Part shown: positions 49,994 to 60,263 of the stretch, piece by piece | How the letters are laid out: each line of letters begins with the position of its first letter | Position numbering within the stretch: position 1 is the first letter of the stretch | Assembly: GCA_037189525.1 (NCBI GenBank) | Contig: JBBCJC010000002.1 | Span: 672,001 to 736,000 of the forward strand | Direction: 5' to 3' | Length of the DNA: 64,000 nt | From: Gemmatimonadales bacterium | Lineage (GTDB): Bacteria > Gemmatimonadota > Gemmatimonadetes > Gemmatimonadales > GWC2-71-9 | Made by a program: the position numbers and the translations under genes | Notes under the pieces: generated by a model | What the model saw: only the letters and a program-made list of their open reading frames with translations | Told to the model about the DNA's origin: nothing | Database searches by the model: none

Positions 49994-50475
49994 TTCCCGC
50001 TGTTGTCCCAGCCGAACTCGGCCTGGCCGCGCATCCGGGACCCGGCAGCCACGGTGAGGGAGCCGGCCTTGAGGTCGCCGGTCAGCACGCCGGTCTGGAG
50101 CAGCTCGACTCGGGTGGCGTCTTCGATGTTGCCCTCGACCTCGCCCCCGATGATGACGGTATGGGCGCGCACGGCGCCGGTCAGCTTGGCGCCCTGCTCG
50201 ATGGTCAGATTGCCCTGGACGTTGACATCGCCCTTGAAGCGGCCCGCGATCCGGATGTGGCCATTCCCCTCGATCTTACCCTCGATCGTCAGCTCGGCTG
50301 CAATCAGGGATTCTTTCATGTCTCGCTCCGGGGCTTTCCGCCCCGCGTCAAAGTTGGTCGATGGGAGGGTGATACGGTTGGCTTCAGGTTCCTTGGCGGT
50401 CGCGGGCTCCGGGATCGGTGCGGCGTCCTTTTTGACGAGAACCGGTTCCTTTTCCTTTTCTTTCCAGATGGCCAT
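49990..50475 (-). CDS. Bactofilin (polymer-forming cytoskeletal protein)
   Basis: SLIAAELTIEGKI...IRIAGRFKGDV beta-helix repeats. Confidence 0.93.
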   Translation of the reverse strand: MAIWKEKEKEPVLVKKDAAPIPEPATAKEPEANRITLPSTNFDAGRKAPERDMKESLIAAELTIEGKIEGNGHIRIAGRFKGDVNVQGNLTIEQGAKLTGAVRAHTVIIGGEVEGNIEDATRVELLQTGVLTGDLKAGSLTVAAGSRMRGQAEFGWDNSGK

Positions 50476-50667
50476 GGTGTGAAGCTCCTGTGAGCACCGA
50501 CGCCCTGCCGGCCGGAAGAGGGCGGCCGCAGCGAGATCGATGGACGGTGATGGTCGCTACTACCCGGAACTCGAGGGAGGCCCGCCCGGGTCGAGCCGGG
50601 TACGGCGCGCGAGGCGCGTACCCCGAAGACCGGGGGACGTCCCACCCGGCCCAATGCTGCACATCTC

Positions 50668-50704
50668 AGGGAGAGCGACTGTCGAGATCCTGGGCGCTCT
50701 CCCT
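50668..50704. terminator. Hairpin downstream of dehydrogenase
   Basis: AGGGAGAGCG-N17-CGCTCTCCCT. Confidence 0.45.
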
Positions 50705-50725
50705 CGATCAACTACGTCGTGAATC

Positions 50726-51898
50726 TTAGTACCCGGCCGCCTTGTCGACCACGTTGAGCAGCGGTTCACCGGCGGCAAACCGCCGGAGGTTTTCGCGGTA
50801 GAGCGCCGCCCCGCGTTCGATCGTCAGCTCCCCGCGTGATGCCATGTGGGGCGTGATGATGACGTTGGCCTGCTTCCAGAGCGGGTGATCGGTCGGCAGC
50901 GGCTCCGGATCGGTCACGTCGAGTCCGGCGCCCGCCAGGCGGCCCGAGCGGAGGGCCTCCAGCAGGGGTCCGGTTTCCACCACTTTGCCGCGCGCGATGT
51001 TGATCAGGTAGCTGCCCGGCTTCATCGCGGCAAAGGCCGCCGCGTTGAACATGTGCTCGGTTTCGGGCGTGAGTGGCACCGCAATGGCCACCACGTCGGC
51101 CTCGGGGAGCATGGCCAGCAGTTCGTTCGGCTTGCCGACCCGCTCGACGAACGGCGGCGCCGGATCATCGCTCCGGCGGGTGCCGATGACCCGCATTCCG
51201 AATCCGGCGCCGCGCCGCGCGATCTCCGTTCCGATGCCACCCACTCCGACGACCAGCAGCGTGCGACCCTGCAGGGCCACGCGCGGCAGTCCGATGCTCT
51301 CGTCGCGCACCCACTGTCCGGTCTTCTGGGCGTCGAGATAGGTCGGCAGGTTCCGGGTCAGCCCCAGCAGCATGGCAAAGACGTGGTCGGCAATGGCCGG
51401 CCCGTGGACCGCGCGCGAATTGGTGACCACGATCTGATCGGACCGCTCGCCGAGTTGGACCAGGAGCTGGTCGACACCGGCGCTGGGGGTGTGGACCCAG
51501 GCGAGATTCTTGGCCGCTGCAATGAACTCCGGCCGGGCGTACGATGCGTCGATTCCATGCGCCTCCTCGGCTCGGCTCAACGCTTCTTCTCGCGAGAGTC
51601 CGATCACGACGCGGACATCAGGGCCCAAGCCGGTCGTGTCGCCGAGCCGTTCCCGGGCGCTGGCGGGTACGAAAAAGGTGAGCGGCGGTGCGCCGGCACT
51701 TCGCTCGATGGCGACCTTGCTGTTACGGGTCGAGCCGAGTTCCTCTGCGGTCGATCGGACATCGGCGGCCGCGTTGCGTTTGCCGCCGGCCGGTTCGGGC
51801 GCCTTCGACGCGACACTGCAGCTCGAGCCGACCGCCCCGGCAAGGCAGACGAACAGCATCCAGGACGAGGCACGTGAGCGCGCAGCAAGGGTTGGCAT
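50726..51898 (-). CDS. D-2-hydroxyacid dehydrogenase with N-terminal signal-like extension
   Basis: SAGVD, GVGGIG, INIARG, LDVTDPEP, ITPH. Confidence 0.9.
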   Translation of the reverse strand: MPTLAARSRASSWMLFVCLAGAVGSSCSVASKAPEPAGGKRNAAADVRSTAEELGSTRNSKVAIERSAGAPPLTFFVPASARERLGDTTGLGPDVRVVIGLSREEALSRAEEAHGIDASYARPEFIAAAKNLAWVHTPSAGVDQLLVQLGERSDQIVVTNSRAVHGPAIADHVFAMLLGLTRNLPTYLDAQKTGQWVRDESIGLPRVALQGRTLLVVGVGGIGTEIARRGAGFGMRVIGTRRSDDPAPPFVERVGKPNELLAMLPEADVVAIAVPLTPETEHMFNAAAFAAMKPGSYLINIARGKVVETGPLLEALRSGRLAGAGLDVTDPEPLPTDHPLWKQANVIITPHMASRGELTIERGAALYRENLRRFAAGEPLLNVVDKAAGY

Positions 51899-52073
51899 AG
51901 CGGAGACTCGTGGCGGTGGAGGGGCAGAGATGGTGCTGACGTTCCAAGATACGATAAACCGAGCCGGCAGGGGAGCGGCGAAATTCGGTTTCGGTTGACG
52001 GGGTTGGCCTCGACCCCCGAACTTTGGCCACATTCCGGCAGATTCGATTCACCGATTACCCTGTTTGGTCTCT

Positions 52074-53666
52074 ATGATGAACCGTTCCGTGCTCCCGTTC
52101 GTTGCGACGCTGCTGGTGTTCGGCTCGGCGGCCGCATCGGCGCAACGTGATGCCAGCAGTCTGGCGCCGCCGCCGGCATTTCCCGACCCCGATCGGGTCG
52201 CCAAACTGTCTCAGGCTTTTCCGGCCATCGACCGCCTGATGCGTGACTTTGCAGAGCGCTCGCGAGTGCCGGGCATTGCCTACGGCATCATCATCGACGG
52301 GAAGCTCGCCCATCGCGGCACCGCCGGTTTCCGCAACCTCGCGTCGCGCGCGCCGGTCGATTCTTCGAGCGTGTTCCGGATTGCCTCGATGTCCAAGAGC
52401 TTCACGGCACTCGCAATTCTCCAGCTGCGAGACGAAGGAAAGCTCGCGCTGGACGATCCGGCCGAACGGTATGTGCCGGAACTCGCCACGCTCCGGTATC
52501 CGACCACCGACTCGCCCAAGATCACGATTCGTCACCTGCTTTCGCATTCCGAAGGATTTCCTGAAGACAATCCCTGGGGCGACCAACAGCTGGCCATTCG
52601 TGACGACGAGATGAATCGGCTGATGCGGAGCGGGATCCCGTTTTCGACGGCGCCGGGCACGGCGTACGAGTACTCGAACTACGGCTTTGCCATCCTGGGG
52701 CGGATCGTGGCCAACGTGTCGGGGATGCCCTTCGCGCGGTATCTGGAGCAGCGGATCCTCGCGCCGCTCGGGATGACGGTGACCACGCTGGAGGCGTCGA
52801 CCGTGTCTCCTGCCCGGCTGGCGCACGGCTACCGGTGGCAGGATACCACCTGGCTCGAAGAAGCGCAGCTGGCGGATGGCGCCTTCGGCCCGATGGGCGG
52901 GATCCTGACCTCGGTCGACGACCTGAGCCGCTGGGTCGGGTTCATGCTCGCTGCCTGGCCGCCGCGCGACGGGGAGGAGCGCGGGCCGGTGCGCCGATCC
53001 TCGGTCCGTGAGATGCAGCAGGTGGCGCGGTACAACGGCGCTTCGACGGTGCGCGACGCCGCGACCGGTACGGTCACGCTGAGCGCGGGCGGATACGGTT
53101 ATGGTCTCGGTATCAGGCAGTCCTGCCAGGTGCCGTCCAACGTCTCGCACAGCGGCGGGTTGCCCGGCTTCGGCTCGATCATGCAGTGGTTGCCCGACTA
53201 TGGCGTCGGCATCGTGACGCTCGGTAACGTGACCTACACTCCATGGCGGGTGCCGGTCGAGCAGGCGTTCGATCTGCTCGACAAGACCGGCGGCCTGGTC
53301 CGGCGGGTGCCGCAGCCGGCGCCCGTGCTCGTGCAGGCGCGGGAGCAGGTGACCCGTCTGGTGCAGAATTGGAGCGAGCCGCTGGCCGATAGCGTCGCCG
53401 CGATGAATCTCTATCTGGACGAGCCCAAACCCCGCCGGCGCGCGGCGATCGAGCGGCTCCGGAACCAGGTCGGTGGAAGCTGCCGTCCGGAAGGGCCGTT
53501 CGAAGTCGAGAATGCGCTCCGGGGCCGGTGGCGGCTGCGCTGTGCATCGGGCGACCTGCGTGTCTCGATTACGCTGGCGCCGACCGAACCGGCCCGTGTG
53601 CAGCAACTCGATGTGCGGACCATGAAGCGGGAGGAGTCGCTGGCGGCGCCGGCGGCCTGCCGGTAG
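52074..53666 (+). CDS. Serine hydrolase, beta-lactamase/PBP-like, exported
   Basis: FRIASMSK (SxxK), YSN, HSGG. Confidence 0.92.
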   Translation: MMNRSVLPFVATLLVFGSAAASAQRDASSLAPPPAFPDPDRVAKLSQAFPAIDRLMRDFAERSRVPGIAYGIIIDGKLAHRGTAGFRNLASRAPVDSSSVFRIASMSKSFTALAILQLRDEGKLALDDPAERYVPELATLRYPTTDSPKITIRHLLSHSEGFPEDNPWGDQQLAIRDDEMNRLMRSGIPFSTAPGTAYEYSNYGFAILGRIVANVSGMPFARYLEQRILAPLGMTVTTLEASTVSPARLAHGYRWQDTTWLEEAQLADGAFGPMGGILTSVDDLSRWVGFMLAAWPPRDGEERGPVRRSSVREMQQVARYNGASTVRDAATGTVTLSAGGYGYGLGIRQSCQVPSNVSHSGGLPGFGSIMQWLPDYGVGIVTLGNVTYTPWRVPVEQAFDLLDKTGGLVRRVPQPAPVLVQAREQVTRLVQNWSEPLADSVAAMNLYLDEPKPRRRAAIERLRNQVGGSCRPEGPFEVENALRGRWRLRCASGDLRVSITLAPTEPARVQQLDVRTMKREESLAAPAACR

Positions 53667-53681
53667 CCGCGTAGCAATCGG

Positions 53682-55022
53682 TCAGACGGTCGGCGGCCGG
53701 CTCCGGGCGCCGCCGACCGTGCTTCGCGAGGCGAGCGGGATGAGCGGAAGCCCCGCCACCACGACCGCGATCCCCAGCAGCGATCCGATACCTGCGTAGA
53801 GCACGCTCGAGTACACCATCCAGGCTGCCGCCGCGCCGAAGAGGAGCGGCGGCAGCGGGTAGAGCGGCATCCGGTACGGCAGGAGGACACCGCGCCCGCG
53901 GGCGATGAACACCGAGCCTGCCACCAGCAGCAGGAAGAACCAGAAGACCGGCGCCGTGTAGGCCACCATCGCTTCGAAGCCGTTTCGAGTCACCGCACCG
54001 AACACCACCAGCCCGACGGCAATTGCCGCTTGCAGCAGCAAGGCATTGGCCGGTTTCTCTCCCTGCTCGTTCCAGATACCCAGCCGCCGGATCGGCGGCA
54101 CGTCCCGTCCGAGCGCATAATAGGCCCGTGCGCCCGTGAAGACCGTGGCATTGAGGGTGCTGAGGGCGCAGGCGCAGACGCAGAGGCTGAAGAGCATGGC
54201 GCCGACGTCACCTGCCAGGCGGCGGATCAGTTCGGCGCCGACGGTATCGGTGGCACGAAGCTGCTCCAGGCCGAGTGTGCGCAGGTAGCCAAAGTTGGCG
54301 GCGAGATAGAGGACTACCACGACCACCGTGCCCAGGCCCAGGGCGCGGATCATGTTGCGCTGCACGTCCCGCATCTCGCCGGACAGATAGGCAACCTCGT
54401 TCCACCCGCCGTAGGTGAGCAGGACGAAGACCATGGCAAGGCCGATCGATCCGCTGCCGCTCGGAGGCGGCGCGGGTGGCGCGGCCGGGACGGTGAACCC
54501 CGCGACGATCACGATGCCCAGCGCTGCGACGGTCAGGACCGTGAGCCCCACCTGGACCCGGGTGCTGGGGCGGGTACCCGCGAGGTTGATCCCCGTGATG
54601 ACCACGACGGCGAGCAAGGCATGGATGGCGCTGCCGAACTCGCCCAGGGGCAGAATACGGGAGGCGTAGTCCCCATGAACGAACGCGACCGCAGCGATCG
54701 CGCCCGTCTGAATCACGGTGCCTCGGCTCCAGGCAAAGAGGACGCCGAGCCGAGGGCCGTAGGCGGAGCGCAGGAAGTGATACTCACCTCCGGCGTCGGG
54801 CCAGGCGCTGCCCAGTTCTGCGTAGCAGAGGGCGCCGACCAGCATGATCAGTCCGCCCGCCAGCCAGACGGCCATGAAGGCGGTATCGCTCGTCACGTTC
54901 GCCGCAACCAGCGATGGGGTCCGAAAGATCCCGATGCCGATCACGATCCCGATCAGGAAGGAAGCCCCGGCCGTGAAGGACAACGTCTGGCGCGGACCGC
55001 TCGACTGGGTCTGGTCAGTCAC
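53682..55022 (-). CDS. Amino acid permease (APC/LAT-like)
   Basis: IGIGIF, ALCYAELG, GGEY, YGGWN, YRMPLYP. Confidence 0.93.
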   Translation of the reverse strand: MTDQTQSSGPRQTLSFTAGASFLIGIVIGIGIFRTPSLVAANVTSDTAFMAVWLAGGLIMLVGALCYAELGSAWPDAGGEYHFLRSAYGPRLGVLFAWSRGTVIQTGAIAAVAFVHGDYASRILPLGEFGSAIHALLAVVVITGINLAGTRPSTRVQVGLTVLTVAALGIVIVAGFTVPAAPPAPPPSGSGSIGLAMVFVLLTYGGWNEVAYLSGEMRDVQRNMIRALGLGTVVVVVLYLAANFGYLRTLGLEQLRATDTVGAELIRRLAGDVGAMLFSLCVCACALSTLNATVFTGARAYYALGRDVPPIRRLGIWNEQGEKPANALLLQAAIAVGLVVFGAVTRNGFEAMVAYTAPVFWFFLLLVAGSVFIARGRGVLLPYRMPLYPLPPLLFGAAAAWMVYSSVLYAGIGSLLGIAVVVAGLPLIPLASRSTVGGARSRPPTV

Positions 55023-55093
55023 GAATCAGCTCGCTTGGGGAGGGGAGTCGGGGAGCGCGCGGTCATGCATCGCTCCCCGAGGGATTTGAACGA

Positions 55094-55894
55094 TCAGGAC
55101 CCGCGAGTCGCGCCCCAGGGACGTCCGCCCGCGCCTTGGACGGCCGAGATGCGGTCGCCGGCGACGCGCCCGACGTAAGCGTGGCGGCCGTCGGGGCCGT
55201 CGATCACGAAACGGATCTCGTCGCCGCGCAGCGCGGTTTCCTGCAGCCGGTAGCTCGATTCGCCGATCTTGGCGGTGCCGTCGATGATCTGGTACTGCTG
55301 ATTGAGATCGATGGTGAAAGTGCGCGGACCATCGGTCACGTTCCACTGTCCCGCGACTTTGGCCGGCACGATCCACAGATAGGCGCTCCGTCCGTCGACC
55401 ACATCATGGCGATCGGGCCGCCAGTCGCCCATGTCGAAGGCGTGGGAGGCGAGCCGGGTGCCGGGCTTCAAGTCGAGGAGGATCGGCCGGAGTTTGACGT
55501 TCAAGCTCGGCAGCAGGTACATCGTGATGACGGTGGCTTTGCTGAGATCGGTTTCGAACAGGTTCTGCTGCTGGAAGCTGACCCGATCGCCAACGCCGGC
55601 GGTGCGCAGGTTTTCCTGGGCTTCACGGATCCGCTCGGGGTCGAGGTCAACGCCCATGCCGCGCGCGCCGTTCCGCTTGGCGGCCGCAATCGGGATCCGG
55701 CCGTCGCCCGAGCCGAGATCGATCACGAAGTCGGCCTTGGTCACCTTGGCCATGTCGAGCATCCGTTCCACCACCTGGGTCGGGGTGGGGACGAAGTGGA
55801 CGTCGAGGTTGGGCGGGTCCTGCGCGTAGGCGGGCGCGGCGGCCGTGGCCAGCATGACGAGCGCAGCAAGCGTAGTGGTGGTGCGAGTCATCAT
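55094..55894 (-). CDS. Class I SAM-dependent methyltransferase with signal peptide
   Basis: AYA|QD cleavage site, DVHFVPTP, DLGSGDGR, TMYLL, SHAF; SD GAGGAG. Confidence 0.9.
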   Translation of the reverse strand: MMTRTTTTLAALVMLATAAAPAYAQDPPNLDVHFVPTPTQVVERMLDMAKVTKADFVIDLGSGDGRIPIAAAKRNGARGMGVDLDPERIREAQENLRTAGVGDRVSFQQQNLFETDLSKATVITMYLLPSLNVKLRPILLDLKPGTRLASHAFDMGDWRPDRHDVVDGRSAYLWIVPAKVAGQWNVTDGPRTFTIDLNQQYQIIDGTAKIGESSYRLQETALRGDEIRFVIDGPDGRHAYVGRVAGDRISAVQGAGGRPWGATRGS

Positions 55895-55947
55895 TGGGAC
55901 CGTTCTCCTCTGGGAGTGATCGGGCCGGGCCGGGATGGTCGCCGCGA

Positions 55948-58900
55948 TCACGGCGCGAGCTCCGGTTCGGCGGCGGCATGCGACGACTCGTCCGGAGTGC
56001 CGATGACGGCTCGGCGGATCCGGTCGGTGATCGCGTGGGCCTGCAGGTACACTGCGGGGACGACCAGCAGGGTCAGCGCCGTGGACACGATGATACCGCC
56101 GACCAGGGTGACCGCCAGCGGCTGCATCAGTTCGGTGCCCTCGCCGATCCCCAAGGCGAGCGGCAGCATGCCGAGGATGCTGGTAAACGTCGTCATCAGA
56201 ATGGGTCGGAGGCGCACCACGCCGGCTTCGACCACGGCATCCTCGGTCGACAGGCCGTCGTCCTGCCTTCCGATCTCGACGTACTCGACCAGGAGGATGG
56301 CGTTGTTGACCACGATGCCCGCCAGCAGGATGACACCCAGCAGCACGGGGGCGCTGAGTGGCGTCCCGGTCAGCAGCAGCGCGGCGCCGACCCCGACCAG
56401 AGCCAGCGGAACCGAGACCAGAATGACCAGCGGATTGACCACGCTTTCGTACTGGATCGCCATTACGACGAAGACCAGAAAGATGGCCAGCACGATGACG
56501 ATGGCGAGATTGCGATTGTTCTCGCGAATGGCCTCTTCTTCGCCGCCGTAGAGAATGGCAAACCCTTCCGGCAGCGTCAGGTCCGCAAGACGGGCGCGAA
56601 TCTCGGCGCTGACCCGGCTGATATTGGTGAGCGAGGTGTTGACGTCGCCCTCGACCTGGATCTGGCGGTTCTGATTCTCGCGAATGATGGTCGTCGGTCC
56701 GGTGCCGATACTGACCGACGCCACGTCTCGCAGATAGATCGGCCGGTCGCGGCCCGAGAACAGCGCGATGGCGCCCAGGTCCTCGGCGCTGGTGAACTGC
56801 TCGCGCGGCAAGCGGACCCGGACGTCGTATTCGTAGTTGCCTTCGGCGTACCGGGTGGGAATGGCGCCCTCGAGCGCGGTGCGTACGCTCTGCCCGACGG
56901 CCGCGACATTGAGGCCCAGGTCGGAGGTACGGTCGCGGTCGATCCGAATCGCGAGTTGCGGGCTCGCCTCTTCGGTCGACATCTGAATGCTCTCCAGCCC
57001 TTCGATGCCCTGCATTCGGGCCATCACCTCGGAGCCGATCCGCTGCAGGGTCGCGAGGTCGTTGCCCTGGATGGCGACGGCCGCGTCGGTGCCGGAGCGA
57101 TTGGTGCGCAAACCGCGGATTCGCGGCGGCCGGACTCCGATGCGGGCGCCGGGAATGCCCAGCGCATCGATGTCCCGCTGAAATTCGGCAACCCAGTCCG
57201 ACGCGCTGACGCCGGGCCGGTCGGGGGCGGGGGTCAGCTGGATGTTGATCGAGCCTCGTCCGCCGCGTTCCGACGTGCTGCTGCCGAACAGGAATCCTCC
57301 GGCGGTGGCAAAGACATCCTGCACATGCGGCCGCTCGGCGATCATCGATTCGAGTTGCCGGACGATCTGATCAGTGCGTTCGGGTGGCGTACCGGGAGGC
57401 ATGGAGACCCAGACGCCGATGGTGCCGTCGTCGACCACCGGGAGGAATTCGCTGGGGAGCCGCGTCGCCAGATACAGCGTACCTGCCAGGACCGCGAACG
57501 AGCCGCCGATGACCCAGCCGCGCCGGCGCAGGGTTCCGCGCGCCAGAGTGCGGTACCGATCGCCCAGCCGGGTGATGGCGCGATTGAAGGCCACGATCGG
57601 ACGGGAGCGATCAAGCCCGGTACTCCAGCGCACCTTGGCCAGCTGCGCCGTGAGCATCGGCACCAGGGTGAGCGCGATGGGCAGCGACGCCGCGATAGCG
57701 AAGGTGACGGTCAGGATCAGTTCCCGGAAGATCAACGCAGCAAGCCCGGTGATCAGGAGGAACGGCACCACGGCGGCGAGATTGGTCGTGGTCGAGGCAA
57801 TCACCGCCGAGGTGACCTCACCGGCGCCGTCGTGGGCGGCGGTGTCCGGATCTTTGCCCATGGCCCGGTGTCGGAAGACGTTCTCGAGCATCACGATCGC
57901 ATTGTCGAGCAGCAGCCCGACGCCCAGCGCCAGGCCGCCCATGCTCATGATGTTGAGCGTGAGTCCGGTGCCGCCCATCAGCGCCAAAGTAGCCAGGATG
58001 GCAATCGGGATCGAGATGCCGATGATCAGCGTCTTCCGGACGCTGCCCAGAAAGAGCAACACCACGACCATGGCCAGGAGCGAGCCGGCGATCGCGGCAT
58101 CCGTCACGCTCGCGATGGCATTTTCGATGAAGAACGACTGGTCGGCAACGACCCGGTAGGCGACGTCGTCGGGAATGAACCGCGAGTCGGCCAGCTGTCC
58201 CAGCTTGTCGCCGACGCCCGCGGCAACCGCGACGGTATTGGCCTCGGGCAGCTTGCGCACCGAGAGCTTGACCGCCGGCACCCCGTTCAGCCGGCTCCAG
58301 AGGCGCTGCTCCCGATTAGTGTCCGATACCTGGGCAAGGTCGGACAATGGCAGCCGCTGCGACGTCCCGGGCCGGTTGATCAGCAGCCGGCGGATGTCGT
58401 CGACCGACTGGAACTTGCCGGCGGTTTTGCCGACCACCTCGAACTGAGGCGACGTCAGACTCCCGGCGGCGACGTCCTGATTCTCGTCCCGCAGCGTGGT
58501 CAGGATATCGGTGACTGTAAAGCCGTAGGAGCGGAGCCGTTCCTGGTCGAGCGTTACGCGCACTTCGCGAATCAGACCGCCGGAAATGTCGATCGAGCCG
58601 ACGCCTTCGACGGTCAGCAACTGCGGCAGCAACTGCAGATCGACCCATCTGCGCAGCTCCACCTGGCTCATGCTGCCCGAGCTGAAGCCGACTTCGTAGA
58701 CCGGCATCTGCGACGGGTCGGACTTGTTGATCGACGGAGGCTGGACGTCGACGGGCAGGCGTGAACGGGCACGATCGAGGTTCTTCGACGCATCCTGCAG
58801 CGCGAAGTTCATGTCCGTGCCGTAACGGAAGTGGAGCCCGACTTCGGCGCGTCCTTCCTGGGTTTCCGATTCGAGGCGGATCAGGTTCTCGGTGGTGGCG

Positions 58901-59127
58901 AGCGCCGTTTCCAGCACCTTGGTAACCTGTTCCTCCATGACCTCGGGGGCCACGCCGGGATACTGGACGTTGACCCGGACCTGCGGATAGACGATCTGCG
59001 GCAGAAGGTCGATCGGCAGGCGCCGGCCGATGAAGACGCCGAGCACGATAACGACCGCAGCAAGCGAAAGGGTGCCGATCGGACGCCGGATGGCGAGGCT
59101 GGGAAGGGTCGAGCGCCGGTCGCTCAT
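55948..59127 (-). CDS. RND efflux permease (AcrB family)
   Basis: 1059 aa, IRRP, LDNAIVMLEN, GIVVNNAI, RLRPILMT. Confidence 0.96.
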   Translation of the reverse strand: MSDRRSTLPSLAIRRPIGTLSLAAVVIVLGVFIGRRLPIDLLPQIVYPQVRVNVQYPGVAPEVMEEQVTKVLETALATTENLIRLESETQEGRAEVGLHFRYGTDMNFALQDASKNLDRARSRLPVDVQPPSINKSDPSQMPVYEVGFSSGSMSQVELRRWVDLQLLPQLLTVEGVGSIDISGGLIREVRVTLDQERLRSYGFTVTDILTTLRDENQDVAAGSLTSPQFEVVGKTAGKFQSVDDIRRLLINRPGTSQRLPLSDLAQVSDTNREQRLWSRLNGVPAVKLSVRKLPEANTVAVAAGVGDKLGQLADSRFIPDDVAYRVVADQSFFIENAIASVTDAAIAGSLLAMVVVLLFLGSVRKTLIIGISIPIAILATLALMGGTGLTLNIMSMGGLALGVGLLLDNAIVMLENVFRHRAMGKDPDTAAHDGAGEVTSAVIASTTTNLAAVVPFLLITGLAALIFRELILTVTFAIAASLPIALTLVPMLTAQLAKVRWSTGLDRSRPIVAFNRAITRLGDRYRTLARGTLRRRGWVIGGSFAVLAGTLYLATRLPSEFLPVVDDGTIGVWVSMPPGTPPERTDQIVRQLESMIAERPHVQDVFATAGGFLFGSSTSERGGRGSINIQLTPAPDRPGVSASDWVAEFQRDIDALGIPGARIGVRPPRIRGLRTNRSGTDAAVAIQGNDLATLQRIGSEVMARMQGIEGLESIQMSTEEASPQLAIRIDRDRTSDLGLNVAAVGQSVRTALEGAIPTRYAEGNYEYDVRVRLPREQFTSAEDLGAIALFSGRDRPIYLRDVASVSIGTGPTTIIRENQNRQIQVEGDVNTSLTNISRVSAEIRARLADLTLPEGFAILYGGEEEAIRENNRNLAIVIVLAIFLVFVVMAIQYESVVNPLVILVSVPLALVGVGAALLLTGTPLSAPVLLGVILLAGIVVNNAILLVEYVEIGRQDDGLSTEDAVVEAGVVRLRPILMTTFTSILGMLPLALGIGEGTELMQPLAVTLVGGIIVSTALTLLVVPAVYLQAHAITDRIRRAVIGTPDESSHAAAEPELAP

Positions 59128-60227
59128 GGGTTGTCCATCCGAACGACGGACACCGAGTCACGAATCGGGCGGCCTGCCGTGATGCGAACTTGTGCGCCGG
59201 GCCGGAGATTGAGTTGGCCCGAGGTGACGACCAGCTCGCCCGGGGCGAGTCCCTCGGTGACTTCCACTACGCCGCCGGACGTCATGCCGATCACGATCGG
59301 GCGGCGCATCAGGGTGTCGTTCTCGACGACGAAGACGAAATTGCCGTCGGAGGTGGCGCCGATGGCGCCCGCAGGCACGGCCAGGATGCCGTTGCGCCGT
59401 TCGACGCTGAACTCGGCGCGCGCCAGGAAGCCTGGTTGGATCCGAACGGTTGGTGGAGGACGTGCCAGCCCGACTTCCACGGGGACTAGACGGGTGGCGG
59501 GATCGGCGCTCGGAAAGACCCGGCGAACCCAGCCCCGCAAGCGCACCCCTGGCTGCGCATCGAGGCGCACCGAAACCGAATCGTTGTCGGCGACATGGAC
59601 GACGTCGAGTTCCGACATCTGCACCCGCACGACCAGCAAGGCGTCGTCGGCGATGTCGAAGAGCCGCTGGTTGGTGGAAACCGCGCTGCCCGTTTCCACC
59701 GCTTTGCTGGTGATGACGCCAGCGCTCGGTGCGGTGACGCGACTGAACTCGAGCCGGGTCTCCCATAACTTGACGTCGCTCGTGGCCGTCGCGAACGCCG
59801 CACGCGCCAGCTCGAACTCGGCGTCGGTGATGATGCCTGCCTTCTGCATCTCCTCGCTGCGTTCGAACGCGGTCCGCGCATTGGCCAGGACCGCGCGGGC
59901 GCGCTCCAGTTGGGCGACCGTTTCCCGGGCGTCCAGCTCAGCAAGCAGCTGGCCGGGGCGGACCCGGTCGCCCTCGGTGACACGGACGGCGAGAATCGTC
60001 CCGGACGCCTGGCTGTTGACGCCGATCACACGGATCGGTTCGACCGGACCCGTCAGCGTGACGGTGCGAGCCAGGTTCTGACGTTCCGCAGGCACCACGG
60101 CAACGGCCGTGGCCGGCCGGCGATTGCGTTCTTGATCACTGGTGCTGGAGGAGCATCCGGCCAGCGCGGCGGCCGACGTGGTCAGGAGGGCCATGAGCGG
60201 CCCGTGGCGTGCGGGGAGGAAAGCCAT
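59124..60227 (-). CDS. RND periplasmic adaptor (lipoprotein)
   Basis: LAGC lipobox, VTEGDRV, APSAG, GLAPGELVV; start uncertain. Confidence 0.92.
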   Translation of the reverse strand: MAFLPARHGPLMALLTTSAAALAGCSSSTSDQERNRRPATAVAVVPAERQNLARTVTLTGPVEPIRVIGVNSQASGTILAVRVTEGDRVRPGQLLAELDARETVAQLERARAVLANARTAFERSEEMQKAGIITDAEFELARAAFATATSDVKLWETRLEFSRVTAPSAGVITSKAVETGSAVSTNQRLFDIADDALLVVRVQMSELDVVHVADNDSVSVRLDAQPGVRLRGWVRRVFPSADPATRLVPVEVGLARPPPTVRIQPGFLARAEFSVERRNGILAVPAGAIGATSDGNFVFVVENDTLMRRPIVIGMTSGGVVEVTEGLAPGELVVTSGQLNLRPGAQVRITAGRPIRDSVSVVRMDNP

Positions 60228-60263
60228 ATAACCCCTACGCGCCACGGGCCCGCAATGTTGAAC

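Noticed and set aside
55894..58764. 956-aa plus-strand ORF, and similar long antisense ORFs (11613-13700, 13324-15435, 32321-34321, 37587-39548, 52056-53606)
   Set aside because: They mirror well-supported genes on the opposite strand, are Arg/Gly/His-rich with no motifs, and are the expected shadow ORFs of high-GC codon usage.
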